The notes: generated by a model from the letters alone, not told the origin. Numbered from the stretch's first letter, positions 39,331-49,057 are shown. The stretch is DNA of 64,000 nt from an uncultured Candidatus Saccharibacteria bacterium (GCA_964409035.1 CAYPBQ010000001.1:28024-92023); one strand, 5' to 3'. Made by a program: numbers and translations.

Positions 39331-40848
39331 TTAGTAGTTTAAGTCAACATTTCCATCAGGAAGCTCTGCTGGGTTTACGGAATTAGGAATATTTGTACCA
39401 GAAGTGGTGGTGTTTGCTGGCTTTTGATTAGTATAGTACTGATTATAATAATTAACCCTAGCCACATAATTACGCGTCTCTTCGAGACCTCCTGGATTAA
39501 TTGAGCATTCATATGCGCGTGCACCTGGACAATCTGATGAGTCTGCTAGTGCTGGCTTTTTACCCGCATCATTTAGTTGATTGCCAGCGCCAGAATTGTA
39601 TGAAGCGATTAAATCATTAGTATTGCCAGAGCGAACGTTGGGGTTGTTAAGGTTTGCATTTAATACCTGGACTCCAACACGAATATTTGTCTGTGGATTA
39701 CGTAGCTCTTGTTCTATTTGCGCATCTGTTAGACCAGGAAAATACTGCCGTGCGGTACTAGGTAGTACCTGCATAAGACCAACAGCACCTGCTGGGCTTT
39801 TTGCATTAGGATTTCCACCGCTTTCAGCACTCATAATAGCTCTCACCAACTCTGGAGAAATGGGTACTCCTTGGCGAGCTAATTCTGCCTCAATAATTGC
39901 AGCGTATGAATTTGTATTGTTAGCAACTAGTGCTGCTCCCTCGGGGGTTATGTTTGCCTGTGGAATAAATACATTTGGATTTGTGCTTATAGGAGCTGTG
40001 CCTGGGATAGTGCCACCTGGAGGTGTGGTCGTGGGTGGTGCCCCCGCAAGCTGTGCTTGTAGTGCTGCTTTTTCCCGCTCTAGTTCCGTAATTCTCCTAT
40101 CTACTGTAGAGCAGAGATTTTGATCCGCAGGAGCGATGTCACCCGTGTCTGCTCCTCCTGCTCCACCAGCTAAGCAGTTCAACTTCTCCGCCCGTAGTAT
40201 TGCTATTGATTGATCTATATTTGCAATTTGTGCGCGTAGCACTGCAGCAGTATCAACAACGGCAGTTCCTGCACTTGGATTTGGAAGGAGGCTACTATTT
40301 CTTCCATCATTCTGGCAAGCAATCGCGCTCACATCCGTAAGTGATCGGTTATACAAAATATTTAGTACGGTGTTTACCACAATCCACGCTCCCAATACTG
40401 CAATAAAGCCAAATAGCACATTCCAAAATATTCCTTTTGCTTTAGAAATGTTTCCTGAGTTAGTACTGGAGGTGAGGTACAACATACCTGCGTATGCAAA
40501 CATGATGGTTGCAACAATTACCGCAATGACAAATGCAAAGTTTAACACCCGTTGAATAGTTGCAAGAAATTCACACGGTCCACAGCTACTTGTATCTCCA
40601 ACATGATACCCTCTATTACATGTTACCAATCCAAGAGTGTTTGTATCGGTGCCAAACTGTGGGTCTAAAATAATTTCTCCGCTCACCTGTGAAAGGTGAT
40701 CAGAGGGAGAAATGGTAGATATAACTGATGATACAGAGTTCGACAACGAAGGAAGTCCCCATGCGCCAAGCACAAGTACGAGCTGCGCCACCACCCCTAT
40801 TACCGCTACCCAAGAAGTCTTGTTCACACAATAAGAATAGCACGTCAA
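39331..40848 (-). CDS. paralog of the previous gene: Cys-rich N-domain + TrbC/VirB2-like module + coiled coil + C-terminal lytic transglycosylase (SLT) domain
   Basis: The same N-terminal 190 aa at ~70% identity. The C-terminus has IMSAESGGNPNAKSPAGAVGLMQVLPSTA (SLT catalytic Glu-Ser and the AGAxGLMQ motif). Confidence 0.7.
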   Translation of the reverse strand: MTCYSYCVNKTSWVAVIGVVAQLVLVLGAWGLPSLSNSVSSVISTISPSDHLSQVSGEIILDPQFGTDTNTLGLVTCNRGYHVGDTSSCGPCEFLATIQRVLNFAFVIAVIVATIMFAYAGMLYLTSSTNSGNISKAKGIFWNVLFGFIAVLGAWIVVNTVLNILYNRSLTDVSAIACQNDGRNSSLLPNPSAGTAVVDTAAVLRAQIANIDQSIAILRAEKLNCLAGGAGGADTGDIAPADQNLCSTVDRRITELEREKAALQAQLAGAPPTTTPPGGTIPGTAPISTNPNVFIPQANITPEGAALVANNTNSYAAIIEAELARQGVPISPELVRAIMSAESGGNPNAKSPAGAVGLMQVLPSTARQYFPGLTDAQIEQELRNPQTNIRVGVQVLNANLNNPNVRSGNTNDLIASYNSGAGNQLNDAGKKPALADSSDCPGARAYECSINPGGLEETRNYVARVNYYNQYYTNQKPANTTTSGTNIPNSVNPAELPDGNVDLNY

Positions 40849-40920
40849 AAATAGAAAAAAGGTAAAAAACCTACATTCTGTGGATTTCAGACAAGGTGGT
40901 TATAAAATCAAAATACTCTT

Positions 40921-40935
40921 GTGGTGCGCCGGGAG
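40921..40935. repeat. 15-bp exact direct repeat of the tRNA-Tyr 3' terminus (cctcccggcgcacca, shown as the reverse complement), 228 bp from the tRNA
   Basis: tggtgcgccgggagg occurs at 40921-40935 and again at 41163-41177, where it forms the tRNA-Tyr 3' end. Confidence 0.6.
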
Positions 40936-40996
40936 GTCGGTCACGAGTTACTAAGTAGTTTAATCACTACGTTCAAAACTACTAAGTACTCTCGAA
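40936..40996 (-). repeat. copy 3 (inverted) of the ~60-bp palindromic repeat family
   Basis: Its reverse complement, ggttcgagagtacttagtagtttt...aaactacttagtaactcgtgaccga, aligns to the 36042 and 48927 copies. Confidence 0.55.
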
Positions 40997-41132
40997 CCCG
41001 CTTTTGCTAAGCTCGTATAAACTCGCTAAGCACGCTGGTCGCGCCTCGCCACCTCGCTCTGCTCGGTATGGCTCCGGCGGTTCGAATCCCACGCAAAGCA
41101 CGAAGGTGCTTTGCTTCCACGGCGCTCCTAAT

Positions 41133-41160
41133 CAAAATTCCCTCTGTTGAGGGAATTTTT
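41133..41160 (+). terminator. intrinsic terminator aaattccctc-tgtt-gagggaattttt
   Basis: 10-bp stem plus T-run. It closes a ~250-nt + strand segment that carries a T-arm-like motif (ggcGGTTCGAATCCca at 41053-41068) and a 9-bp hairpin (gcaaagcac-gaag-gtgctttgc). Confidence 0.55.
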
Positions 41161-41162
41161 CA

Positions 41163-41248
41163 TGGTGCGCCGGGAGGGATTCGAACCCCCGTAGCCCGAA
41201 GGCGCTTGGTTTACAGCCAAGTGCGATTGACCACTCCGCCACCGACGC
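41163..41248 (-). tRNA. tRNA-Tyr (anticodon GTA), type II, CCA encoded
   Basis: Hand-folded: acceptor GCGTCGG/CCGGCGC, D-stem GCGG/TCGC, anticodon stem CTTGG/CCAAG with loop CTGTAAA, long variable arm, T-arm GGGGG-TTCGAAT-CCCTC. Confidence 0.8.
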
Positions 41249-41281
41249 GTGTAGCCCTGCCAAGAGGCAAAGCTGTGCTAG

Positions 41282-43990
41282 CTACACTACCACCTTTTCT
41301 ACTTTTTTTGAAGTCACTCGTCTTGCCCGTGTGGTACTCTTTTTTACGTCAAAAACAAACTCATTGTCCTTCATATCCACACTCACAGTGCCACCATCCA
41401 TAACACCTCTTGAGATGATAAGTTCAGCAATCGGGTTTAGAATTTTGCTTTGAATCAAACGCTTGAGAGGGCGCGCTCCGTACTGCGGATTATATCCATC
41501 CTTACCCAAATAGCCGTAGACTGCATCACTAATATGAAGCGTGATATCTTTCTGCTTAAGTCGCTTTACCACAATCTCAACCTGTAAGCGTACAATCTCT
41601 TTAATAGCCTCAGGAGAGAGAATATTAAAGATGATAATCTCATCAAGACGATTGATGAACTCTGGTCTAAAGAATTCTCTTAACTCTTCAAGTACCTTGT
41701 CCTTCGCGTGGGTATACTCAGTTGCTTGATCACCCTCATTATTGGTAAATCCAAGGTGACTCATTCTGTCGATATATTGTGAACCAATGTTTGAAGTAAG
41801 GATGATGATTGTGTTTTTGAAGTTAACTACTCGTCCCTTGGCATCAGTAAGTCGTCCATTATCCAACACTTGTAGTAGTAGGTTAAACACTTCAGGATGT
41901 GCTTTTTCTACTTCATCAAATAGAAGTACGCTGTATGGTCTATGACGTACAAGCTCAGTGAGCGCCCCACCTTCCTCATGCCCCACATATCCAGGAGGAG
42001 AACCTACCATTTTTGATATCGCATGCCGCTCCATGTACTCACTCATATCAATACGAAGTAGTGAATCTGGATTATCAAACATAAACTCAGCAAGCGCTTT
42101 TGATAGCTCGGTCTTTCCAACACCAGTAGGTCCCAAGAAGAGGAATGAGCCGATTGGTCGATTAGGGTCAGAGATACCTGCTCGCGAACGCTTTACCGCT
42201 TGAGAAACTTTCACCACAGCTTCCTTTTGACCAATAACAACTGACTCAAGAGTTTCTTCCATTCTAGAGAGCTTCTGTGCTTCCTCCTCGAGCATTCGTG
42301 ATACGGGTACCCCTGTCCACATCGAAACCACTGCCGCAATATCAGCTTCAGTAATTTCTTCTTTCAAAATCCTGCGTGATTTTTGCAGTTTAATGAGTCG
42401 CTTTAGCTTTTGATCAAGCTCCTTTTCAAGGGCAGGTATTTCTCCGTATCTAATTTCTGCGGCTCTAGAGAGATCCGCCATCGCCTCTGCCCTTTCTGCC
42501 TCAAGGCGGAGTGTTTCAAGATTTTTCTTAATGTGCTTAATGTCTGTATGAGCTGCCTTTTCATTGCTCCACTTAAGCTCAAGCTCTGCAGTTTTTTCGC
42601 GAAGGTCAGCAATTGATTTTTCGATTTGTTTTATACGATCCTTTGCCTCCTTAATAAGTTTTGTATCTGGTGTTTCTGTTTCTCTTACATCTTTCTCAAG
42701 TGCCTTACGTTCAATTTCTAAACGCACAATTTTTCTGTGTGCCTCCTCCAGCTCTACCGGCTTATTCTCCAAAGAGATACGCAGCGCGCTTGCAGCCTCA
42801 TCAATAAGGTCTACTGCCTTATCCGGCAAAAACCTATCAGTGATATATCGAGATGAAAGTTCAACTGCCGCTACAATCGCATCGTCGGTTATACGCACAC
42901 CATGATATAGCTCATATTTTTCACGTAGCCCTCTCAATATCGCAACGGCGTCCTCTTGATTAGGCTCGTTAACATGCACTGGCTGAAATCGTCTTGTGAG
43001 CGCTGGATCCTTTTCTATGTGCTTTTGGTATTCCTTTAATGTGGTAGCTCCAATAACCCTAAATTCGCCGCGAGCAAGTGCTGGCTTTAGCATATTAGAT
43101 GCGTCCATTGCCCCTTCTGCTGCGCCGGCTCCAACTATGGTGTGTATTTCATCAACAAACAATATTACCTTACCCTCGGCTTTTTCAACCTCTTTCATAA
43201 TCGCTTTGAGGCGCTCTTCAAACTCACCGCGATACTTAGTTCCTGCAATAAGTAGTCCTAGGTCAAGCAACACAAGCTCTTTGTCTCGGAGTGACTCTGG
43301 TACATCATTATTTGCTATACGCATTGCTAGCCCCTCTACAATAGCGGTCTTTCCTACTCCTGCCTCTCCTATGAGTATAGGGTTATTTTTTGTTCTTCGA
43401 GAAAGAATCTGAATTACCCTAATTATCTCCGCATCTCTTCCTATGACTGGGTCTAGTTTATTTTCTAGCGCAAGCTGAGTGAGCGAGCGGGTATACTTTT
43501 GCAGTGCTCTGTTTTTCTTTTTAGGGGTTACATCGTGTGTGTTGTTGTCTTTCAACTCTTCAAGCACACGCACCACCTGATCTCTCCCAAGAGAGAATCG
43601 CGTGATAACTTCTTTTGCAGGACCAGGGAAATCAAGTATCGCAACAAACAGATGCTCAGTCGAAACATATTGCTCTGAAAAGTCCTGTGCGATTCTTCCC
43701 GCGCTCTCAAGTACCTGCGCTAATTCTGGAGTGATATACAACTGATACGATGGAGAAAGTACCGAGGTTGTTTCTGGAGACTCAAGCACATCAAGTAGTG
43801 CATCTGTAAGGAGCATTGAATCAACCTCCAATTTATCAAGAATAGAAAACACCATACTCTCCTCTTGCAAGACTAGTGCCGTGAGTAGGTGTAGTGGATT
43901 AACATGGTTTTGACCACGCTCAATAGCAAGCTCGTGCGCCTTGTGGACTGCCTCCTTTGCTTTAGCGGTAAAATTGTTGAATGGTGCCAT
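41282..43990 (-). CDS. clpB: chaperone ClpB (canonical, with a middle coiled-coil domain)
   Basis: D1 [15 protein letters not shown] and D2 [15 protein letters not shown], a long M-domain, and the Clp N-terminal repeats. Confidence 0.9.
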   Translation of the reverse strand: MAPFNNFTAKAKEAVHKAHELAIERGQNHVNPLHLLTALVLQEESMVFSILDKLEVDSMLLTDALLDVLESPETTSVLSPSYQLYITPELAQVLESAGRIAQDFSEQYVSTEHLFVAILDFPGPAKEVITRFSLGRDQVVRVLEELKDNNTHDVTPKKKNRALQKYTRSLTQLALENKLDPVIGRDAEIIRVIQILSRRTKNNPILIGEAGVGKTAIVEGLAMRIANNDVPESLRDKELVLLDLGLLIAGTKYRGEFEERLKAIMKEVEKAEGKVILFVDEIHTIVGAGAAEGAMDASNMLKPALARGEFRVIGATTLKEYQKHIEKDPALTRRFQPVHVNEPNQEDAVAILRGLREKYELYHGVRITDDAIVAAVELSSRYITDRFLPDKAVDLIDEAASALRISLENKPVELEEAHRKIVRLEIERKALEKDVRETETPDTKLIKEAKDRIKQIEKSIADLREKTAELELKWSNEKAAHTDIKHIKKNLETLRLEAERAEAMADLSRAAEIRYGEIPALEKELDQKLKRLIKLQKSRRILKEEITEADIAAVVSMWTGVPVSRMLEEEAQKLSRMEETLESVVIGQKEAVVKVSQAVKRSRAGISDPNRPIGSFLFLGPTGVGKTELSKALAEFMFDNPDSLLRIDMSEYMERHAISKMVGSPPGYVGHEEGGALTELVRHRPYSVLLFDEVEKAHPEVFNLLLQVLDNGRLTDAKGRVVNFKNTIIILTSNIGSQYIDRMSHLGFTNNEGDQATEYTHAKDKVLEELREFFRPEFINRLDEIIIFNILSPEAIKEIVRLQVEIVVKRLKQKDITLHISDAVYGYLGKDGYNPQYGARPLKRLIQSKILNPIAELIISRGVMDGGTVSVDMKDNEFVFDVKKSTTRARRVTSKKVEKVVV

Positions 43991-44060
43991 ATATGTTGTA
44001 TCTATTATGAATCAAGCGACTCATGAACGCCTTGAGAATATCACCTAGGCGCAAGCAATG

Positions 44061-44981
44061 CTACTGCTGTGGTTTAGCTCCCTGGGCCTCTTTGGTAACT
44101 ACTCCAGAAAGTAGTACTGATATAGTTTCGCTACCTACTGGCACAAAGGTGTCATTTGAACCTATTCCTACAATCTCATTAAAAATGTTAATAAGTGGCG
44201 AACCGTCAAATACTTTTGTTGTGATAGTGGTTTCAATTGAAGTTAGTGTTTTAGGTACATCAGTAGCGGTGGTTGATGTGGCTTTACCTGCGCTGGAAGA
44301 AATTTTTGCTTCTGATTTTATAAGCTCAGCAATTGCGCCAATTGATATTTTTGCCCTGTCTTCACCACTCAATTGTATGACTGTTTGACCCAATTTTAGT
44401 GTACTTTGATTTGCAAAACTAACGACAGGAAGAGCAATCTCTTCACCCTTACCAGGCACTAGCGCCATGAGCCCTATTGCCCCCTTGCCCTCAACTACTA
44501 TATCGGCTTGATACTCTCGATTATCTGCAAGCTTCACAATATAACTTTTACCAGGGATAAGTATGCTATCTGCAGTTGCAATTACACCGTGTTGCTTTAC
44601 CACAATGCCATACCCCTTAAATACATCACCAACAGAGGTGCTTGATGCGGTGGCACTTGATAAACCGCGAGTATATATACGAACAATTTTATCTGTATTT
44701 GCTGCAATTGCTTCTGCGACCTTATCATCCTCCTTTACCACAACTGTTGTCACTGATTCTTGGGCTGATGCAGTTTGTGTTTCTTCCCTCTCCATAGGGA
44801 TTACCCTCTCTACCGTTCTTTCTACAACTCTGTTTATGGTGCGAGTCATTGAGGAAGGGGCTTGATCAAGGAGTGATACTGTCACAATACCCGTAGCAAT
44901 ACTCGTGACAAAGCTAATGAGTAGGGTTAAGAGGATGATTTGTGATTTTGTAAGTCGCTCAATATCCATTAGTGGTATCAT
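44061..44981 (-). CDS. membrane-anchored trypsin-like (S1C/HtrA-like) serine protease-domain protein with a degenerate Ser motif
   Basis: N-terminal TM, a His region HGVIATADSIL, an Asp region, and a Ser region FDGSPLIN in place of GDSGGP. Confidence 0.55.
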   Translation of the reverse strand: MIPLMDIERLTKSQIILLTLLISFVTSIATGIVTVSLLDQAPSSMTRTINRVVERTVERVIPMEREETQTASAQESVTTVVVKEDDKVAEAIAANTDKIVRIYTRGLSSATASSTSVGDVFKGYGIVVKQHGVIATADSILIPGKSYIVKLADNREYQADIVVEGKGAIGLMALVPGKGEEIALPVVSFANQSTLKLGQTVIQLSGEDRAKISIGAIAELIKSEAKISSSAGKATSTTATDVPKTLTSIETTITTKVFDGSPLINIFNEIVGIGSNDTFVPVGSETISVLLSGVVTKEAQGAKPQQ

Positions 44982-45091
44982 ACCGTTTAATCACCTCACT
45001 ACGCAACACAAATGTAAGCAAATACAAAATTATTACCTTAGTTACCTAGCGCTGTGACACAAATATAATCACGTTTTTTGCCACTTGTCAA

Positions 45092-46327
45092 TTATTGGTG
45101 GCCAGCTGAGGCAACAATCTCGCCTATTGCGCTAATGGTATATTCTATATCAGCCATAGTAGTGCCATCTCCAAATGAAAAGCGTATTGCTGAAAGCGCT
45201 TCATCATCCCCACCTGTTATTGCTCTAATTACGTAGGAGCCTCCTTTTTGTTTTCCTAGGCACGCACTCCTAGTTGACGCATCAATACCTCGCTTTGATA
45301 GTGCATACATCATGTACTCACCCTCTATCCCAACAAACGATATGTTGACGTTACCACTTACCCTACATTCTCTATCGCCGTTAAGAACAGCTTTTGGATA
45401 GACTGCTAGCACGCCATCAATGAGTCTATTTTTTAGTGGGATAAAATGCTCATTGCGTTCCACTCTCTTTGCTTCAGCAAGCATGAGTGATTTTGCAAGG
45501 CCAATAATAAGCGGAGTGACTGGTGTACCAGGGCGAAGTCCCCTCTCTTGTGTACCGCCATACATTATGGGAGCAATTACCACTCCATTGCGTATATATA
45601 AAAACCCTACCCCTTTAGGTCCATACATTTTTTGCGCATCAATAGTCATCATATCCACACCAAGGCTCTCTACGTCACACGATATAAATACTGGAGCTTG
45701 GCTTGCATCAGTATGCAAAAGTGGCGTATGAATAAGCTCCTTACGACTTTTTATACTTGAAGCAATTTCCTTGAGAGGTTGTATCGTTCCTACCTCACTA
45801 TTAACTAACATTATTGATACTAGTACGGTATTTTCTTGAACTAGGTCAGCAACTATTTTAGGGTCAACAACTCCGCTCTTACCTACCGGTATTTCTGTTA
45901 TTGCTACGCCCTTTTTTGCTAACGCCTCCATGGTGTCTCTTACCGAGGAATGCTCTACGCTAAGCAACATCATATGCATTGAAGAAGGACTTCTTCCTTC
46001 TGCTACCAAGCGCTCAAATAATCCTAATATTGCAAGATTATTTCCTTCAGTACCGCCTGAGGTAAATACAATCTCAGCTGGAGTAGCGCCTATACACGCC
46101 GCCACCTCAGACCTCGCATTTTCGATAGCCTGTTTTGCAAGCTCTCCATCCGCATGGAGCGCCCCAGCATTTGCATAGATTGAAAGCATGTATGGCTCCA
46201 TCGCATCGTATACCGATCTATTTAGTGGTGTCGCCGCAGCAAAATCTAGGTATATTCTTTTTTGTTCATTATGATTCATTTCTTCTGTCATTGTGCGATT
46301 GTATCGTGAGTTGGTCATTTTTGCCAA
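45092..46327 (-). CDS. cysteine desulfurase (class-V aminotransferase, IscS/NifS-like)
   Basis: RIYLDFAAATP, a PLP-Lys region DAQKMYGPKG, and an active-site Cys near SACLG. The start may be an internal Met. Confidence 0.85.
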   Translation of the reverse strand: MAKMTNSRYNRTMTEEMNHNEQKRIYLDFAAATPLNRSVYDAMEPYMLSIYANAGALHADGELAKQAIENARSEVAACIGATPAEIVFTSGGTEGNNLAILGLFERLVAEGRSPSSMHMMLLSVEHSSVRDTMEALAKKGVAITEIPVGKSGVVDPKIVADLVQENTVLVSIMLVNSEVGTIQPLKEIASSIKSRKELIHTPLLHTDASQAPVFISCDVESLGVDMMTIDAQKMYGPKGVGFLYIRNGVVIAPIMYGGTQERGLRPGTPVTPLIIGLAKSLMLAEAKRVERNEHFIPLKNRLIDGVLAVYPKAVLNGDRECRVSGNVNISFVGIEGEYMMYALSKRGIDASTRSACLGKQKGGSYVIRAITGGDDEALSAIRFSFGDGTTMADIEYTISAIGEIVASAGHQ

Positions 46328-46353
46328 GATGAATGTGCTATAGTAATGACTGT

Positions 46354-46848
46354 ATGGAACGTATTATTTCTATTCCGTTTTTTGTTGAGAGCGTGGCGAT
46401 TTTACTTGCGGTATTGTGCTTTGTCCTTGTGATATGGGTGATACGCATTGAAATACGTCTCAGAAAATTACTCACTGGTAATAACGGCAAAAGCCTTGAG
46501 GGTGTAATTGGATCATTAGTAATACACAAAGATGAGGTTTCTAAATTTAAGGATGAGCTAGAAACATACCTAGAATCTGTAGAAACACGACTAAAGCGCA
46601 GCGTCCAAGCAGTAGAGACGCTTCGATTTAACCCATTTAAAGGTGATGGAAGCGGGGGCAACCTTAGCTTCTCTACAGCACTAATAAATGAGGAGGGTGA
46701 TGGTGTTGTATTTTCTAGCCTTTATGCAAGGGATAGAGTAAGCATGTTTGCAAAACCGGTAAAGTCACACGTGCCTGAATTTGAACTTACCGAAGAAGAG
46801 CGCATTGTACTTGATAAAGCGAAAGCAGTCCTTGCGCGAATGGGATAA
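46354..46848 (+). CDS. DUF4446-like membrane-anchored protein
   Basis: N-terminal TM, then ...RFNPFKGDGSGGNLSFSTALINEEGDGVVFSSLYARDRVSMFAKPV. Confidence 0.55.
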   Translation: MERIISIPFFVESVAILLAVLCFVLVIWVIRIEIRLRKLLTGNNGKSLEGVIGSLVIHKDEVSKFKDELETYLESVETRLKRSVQAVETLRFNPFKGDGSGGNLSFSTALINEEGDGVVFSSLYARDRVSMFAKPVKSHVPEFELTEEERIVLDKAKAVLARMG

Positions 46849-46871
46849 AAGTAGTACCACGTATAGGCATT

Positions 46872-48374
46872 ATGGATAATCTCACTCCCCCACAAAAAGT
46901 GGTACGACAACCGGTCATAGCCGTAATGGGGCATATTGACCATGGAAAATCGACACTTCTTGACTATATCCGCAAAACCCACGTGGTAGATAGTGAGGCG
47001 GGTGGCATTACCCAGCACCTTAGTGCCTATGAAGTTACGCACACCGATAGTACCGGTACACCGCGCCACATGACCTTTCTTGACACTCCAGGACATGAGG
47101 CGTTTCAGAGTATGCGAGCAAGGGGCGCTACCGTAGCAGATATTGTTATATTGGTGGTATCCGCTGAAGACGGTGTGAAGGCACAAACCAAAGAAGCCCT
47201 AAAGGCAATACAACAAGCAAAGATTCCGTATATTGTCGCAATAACCAAAATCGACAAGACAAATGCGGATATTGAACGCGTGAAGATGAACCTTATTGAG
47301 AACGAAATATATATTGAGGGCTTTGGTGGAGATACCCCCTATGTAGCGGTATCCGCAAAAACAGGTAAAGGCATAAGCGAGCTACTCGATATGATGCTCC
47401 TTGTTGCTGATTTAGCTGAACTTACTTTTGATCCACAAAAAAAGGCAGAAGGCATCGTGATAGAGGCACATCGCGATCCGAAGCGCGGTATTGCTGCTAC
47501 CCTACTTATCAAAGAGGGTACGCTTAGACCTGGAGAGTTTGTGGTGTCTGGATCAGTTATAGCCCCACTACGTATAGTTGAAGATTTTGCTGGCAACAAG
47601 CGAAATGAGGCGTCGGCAGGTTCTCCTATTTCTGTAATTGGATTTACTGATGTTCCTGAGGTAGGAGCTACATTTATTGCGGTAGCATCGAAAAAGGAAG
47701 CTGAGGACCTCGCTAGAGAGGCGGTACACATTTTACCTAATGACAGCGCTGACACTGGAGACGATCGAATGGTACTCCCTATTATTATAAAAGCGGACGC
47801 ACTTGGTTCTATTGATGCTATTAAGCACGAAATAGCAAAAATTGATCAAAGTAGAGTGTGCCTTAGAACGGTATACGCTAGTGTCGGTGACATAAATGAA
47901 AGCGACGTACAACGAGCAGTTGCCGATGCGGGTAATGCGCTTGTGGTTGGATTTGGTGTTGGCATGGATGCAGCAGCTCGTGAGGTCGCACGCCGAGATG
48001 GGATTACCACCCACACATTTACCATCATATACGAGCTCGCAGAATGGATTGCAAAAGAAGCAAAAGAGCGAACGCCATCACGATCGACCAGTGTCGAAGT
48101 TTCCTACTCAAAAATACTTAAAGTGTTTAGTTCAGTACGAAATACCTATGTACTCGGCGCCCGCGTTGAGCGCGGATTGCTGACTAAAAAGTCTACTGTT
48201 CACCTCATGCGAAATGATGAAGAAGTTGGAAGAGGAACCATTGAGGGTCTGCAAGCACAGAAGCAAGCAACAACCAGCGTGAATCAGGGTCAAGAATGCG
48301 GTGTTCAAGTTACCCTCAGCATTGCCCCACAACCAGGCGACTACATGGCTTCATTTGAGACGCAAGAGGACTAA
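46872..48374 (+). CDS. infB: translation initiation factor IF-2 (compact 500-aa form without the long N-terminal region)
   Basis: VIAVMGHIDHGKSTLLD, DTPGHEAF, TKIDK, and the C-terminal beta-barrel domains. Confidence 0.9.
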   Translation: MDNLTPPQKVVRQPVIAVMGHIDHGKSTLLDYIRKTHVVDSEAGGITQHLSAYEVTHTDSTGTPRHMTFLDTPGHEAFQSMRARGATVADIVILVVSAEDGVKAQTKEALKAIQQAKIPYIVAITKIDKTNADIERVKMNLIENEIYIEGFGGDTPYVAVSAKTGKGISELLDMMLLVADLAELTFDPQKKAEGIVIEAHRDPKRGIAATLLIKEGTLRPGEFVVSGSVIAPLRIVEDFAGNKRNEASAGSPISVIGFTDVPEVGATFIAVASKKEAEDLAREAVHILPNDSADTGDDRMVLPIIIKADALGSIDAIKHEIAKIDQSRVCLRTVYASVGDINESDVQRAVADAGNALVVGFGVGMDAAAREVARRDGITTHTFTIIYELAEWIAKEAKERTPSRSTSVEVSYSKILKVFSSVRNTYVLGARVERGLLTKKSTVHLMRNDEEVGRGTIEGLQAQKQATTSVNQGQECGVQVTLSIAPQPGDYMASFETQED

Positions 48375-48383
48375 TATCTTTAT

Positions 48384-48707
48384 ATGTCACTAAGAAATGA
48401 AAAAATCACCAGAGAGGTGCAGGAAATAGTAGCAAAGTTTATTAATGAAGAGGCTAGCAAGCAATCGCTCATTACTGTTACCAATCTCACTATTTCAAAC
48501 GATAGCAAACAAGCAACAGTGTATGTCACTGTCTTTCCAAGAGAAAAGGAAGAGCAAGCAATTGGCTTTCTAAGAAGAAAGCTACCCGAGCTACGGGAGC
48601 ATGTGAAAAAGGTACAACCAATGAAGCAAATACCCTTTTTTGCTATTGAAATTGATTCTGGTGAAAAGCACAGACAGGATATTGATGCATTACTACGCGA
48701 CGCATGA
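48384..48707 (+). CDS. rbfA: ribosome-binding factor A
   Basis: 107-aa KH-like protein, ...LITVTNLTISNDSKQATVYVTVF... It abuts infB. Confidence 0.85.
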   Translation: MSLRNEKITREVQEIVAKFINEEASKQSLITVTNLTISNDSKQATVYVTVFPREKEEQAIGFLRRKLPELREHVKKVQPMKQIPFFAIEIDSGEKHRQDIDALLRDA

Positions 48708-48744
48708 GTGTGGTATCATGCCCGAGTAGCAAATAAGGTACACC

Positions 48745-48816
48745 GGCCTGGTGGCGAAGTGGAAACGCTGGGGACTGCAAATCCTCCACGCGCGGGTTCG
48801 ATTCCCGCCCAGGCCT
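48745..48816 (+). tRNA. tRNA-Cys (anticodon GCA)
   Basis: Hand-folded: acceptor GGCCTGG/CCAGGCC, anticodon stem GGGGA/TCCTC with loop CTGCAAA, T-arm GCGGG-TTCGATT-CCCGC. Confidence 0.85.
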
Positions 48817-48873
48817 CTAGAAACACAAACGTGTTTCGCTGAGGCATGGGAGTAGGCAAAGAGTTTTGCCTAC
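48811..48873 (+). repeat. 63-bp direct repeat, copy A. It overlaps the last 6 nt of tRNA-Cys and contains two hairpins.
   Basis: aggcctctagaaacacaaacgtgtttcgctgaggcatgggagtaggcaaagagttttgcctac, repeated at 48995-49057 with 1 mismatch. Confidence 0.7.
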
Positions 48874-48926
48874 GTCGGGAATCGAAAGCCGGAGCCTTAT
48901 CGAGCAAAGCGAGATGGCGAGGCGGG

Positions 48927-48985
48927 GTCGAGAGTGCTTAGTGGTTTAGAACGAAGTGAATAAAACACTTAGCAACTTGTGACCA
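48927..48985 (+). repeat. copy 2 of the ~60-bp palindromic repeat family, lying between the two 63-bp direct repeats
   Basis: gtcgagagtgcttagtggtttagaacgaagtgaataaaacacttagcaacttgtgacca. Confidence 0.6.
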
Positions 48986-48994
48986 TTCCCAGAG

Positions 48995-49057
48995 AGGCCT
49001 CTAGAAACACAATCGTGTTTCGCTGAGGCATGGGAGTAGGCAAAGAGTTTTGCCTAC
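48995..49057 (+). repeat. 63-bp direct repeat, copy B
   Basis: 62/63 identical to 48811-48873. Confidence 0.7.

Noticed and set aside
46135-46332. 65-aa + ORF upstream of the DUF4446 gene
   Set aside because: It overlaps the 5' end of the cysteine desulfurase gene on the opposite strand and has no RBS or motif support.
48811-49057. Possible CRISPR array, based on the two 63-bp direct repeats with a 121-bp interval
   Set aside because: There are only two copies, the repeat is too long, it overlaps a tRNA 3' end, there is no cas gene, and the intervening sequence is a member of another repeat family. Not CRISPR.
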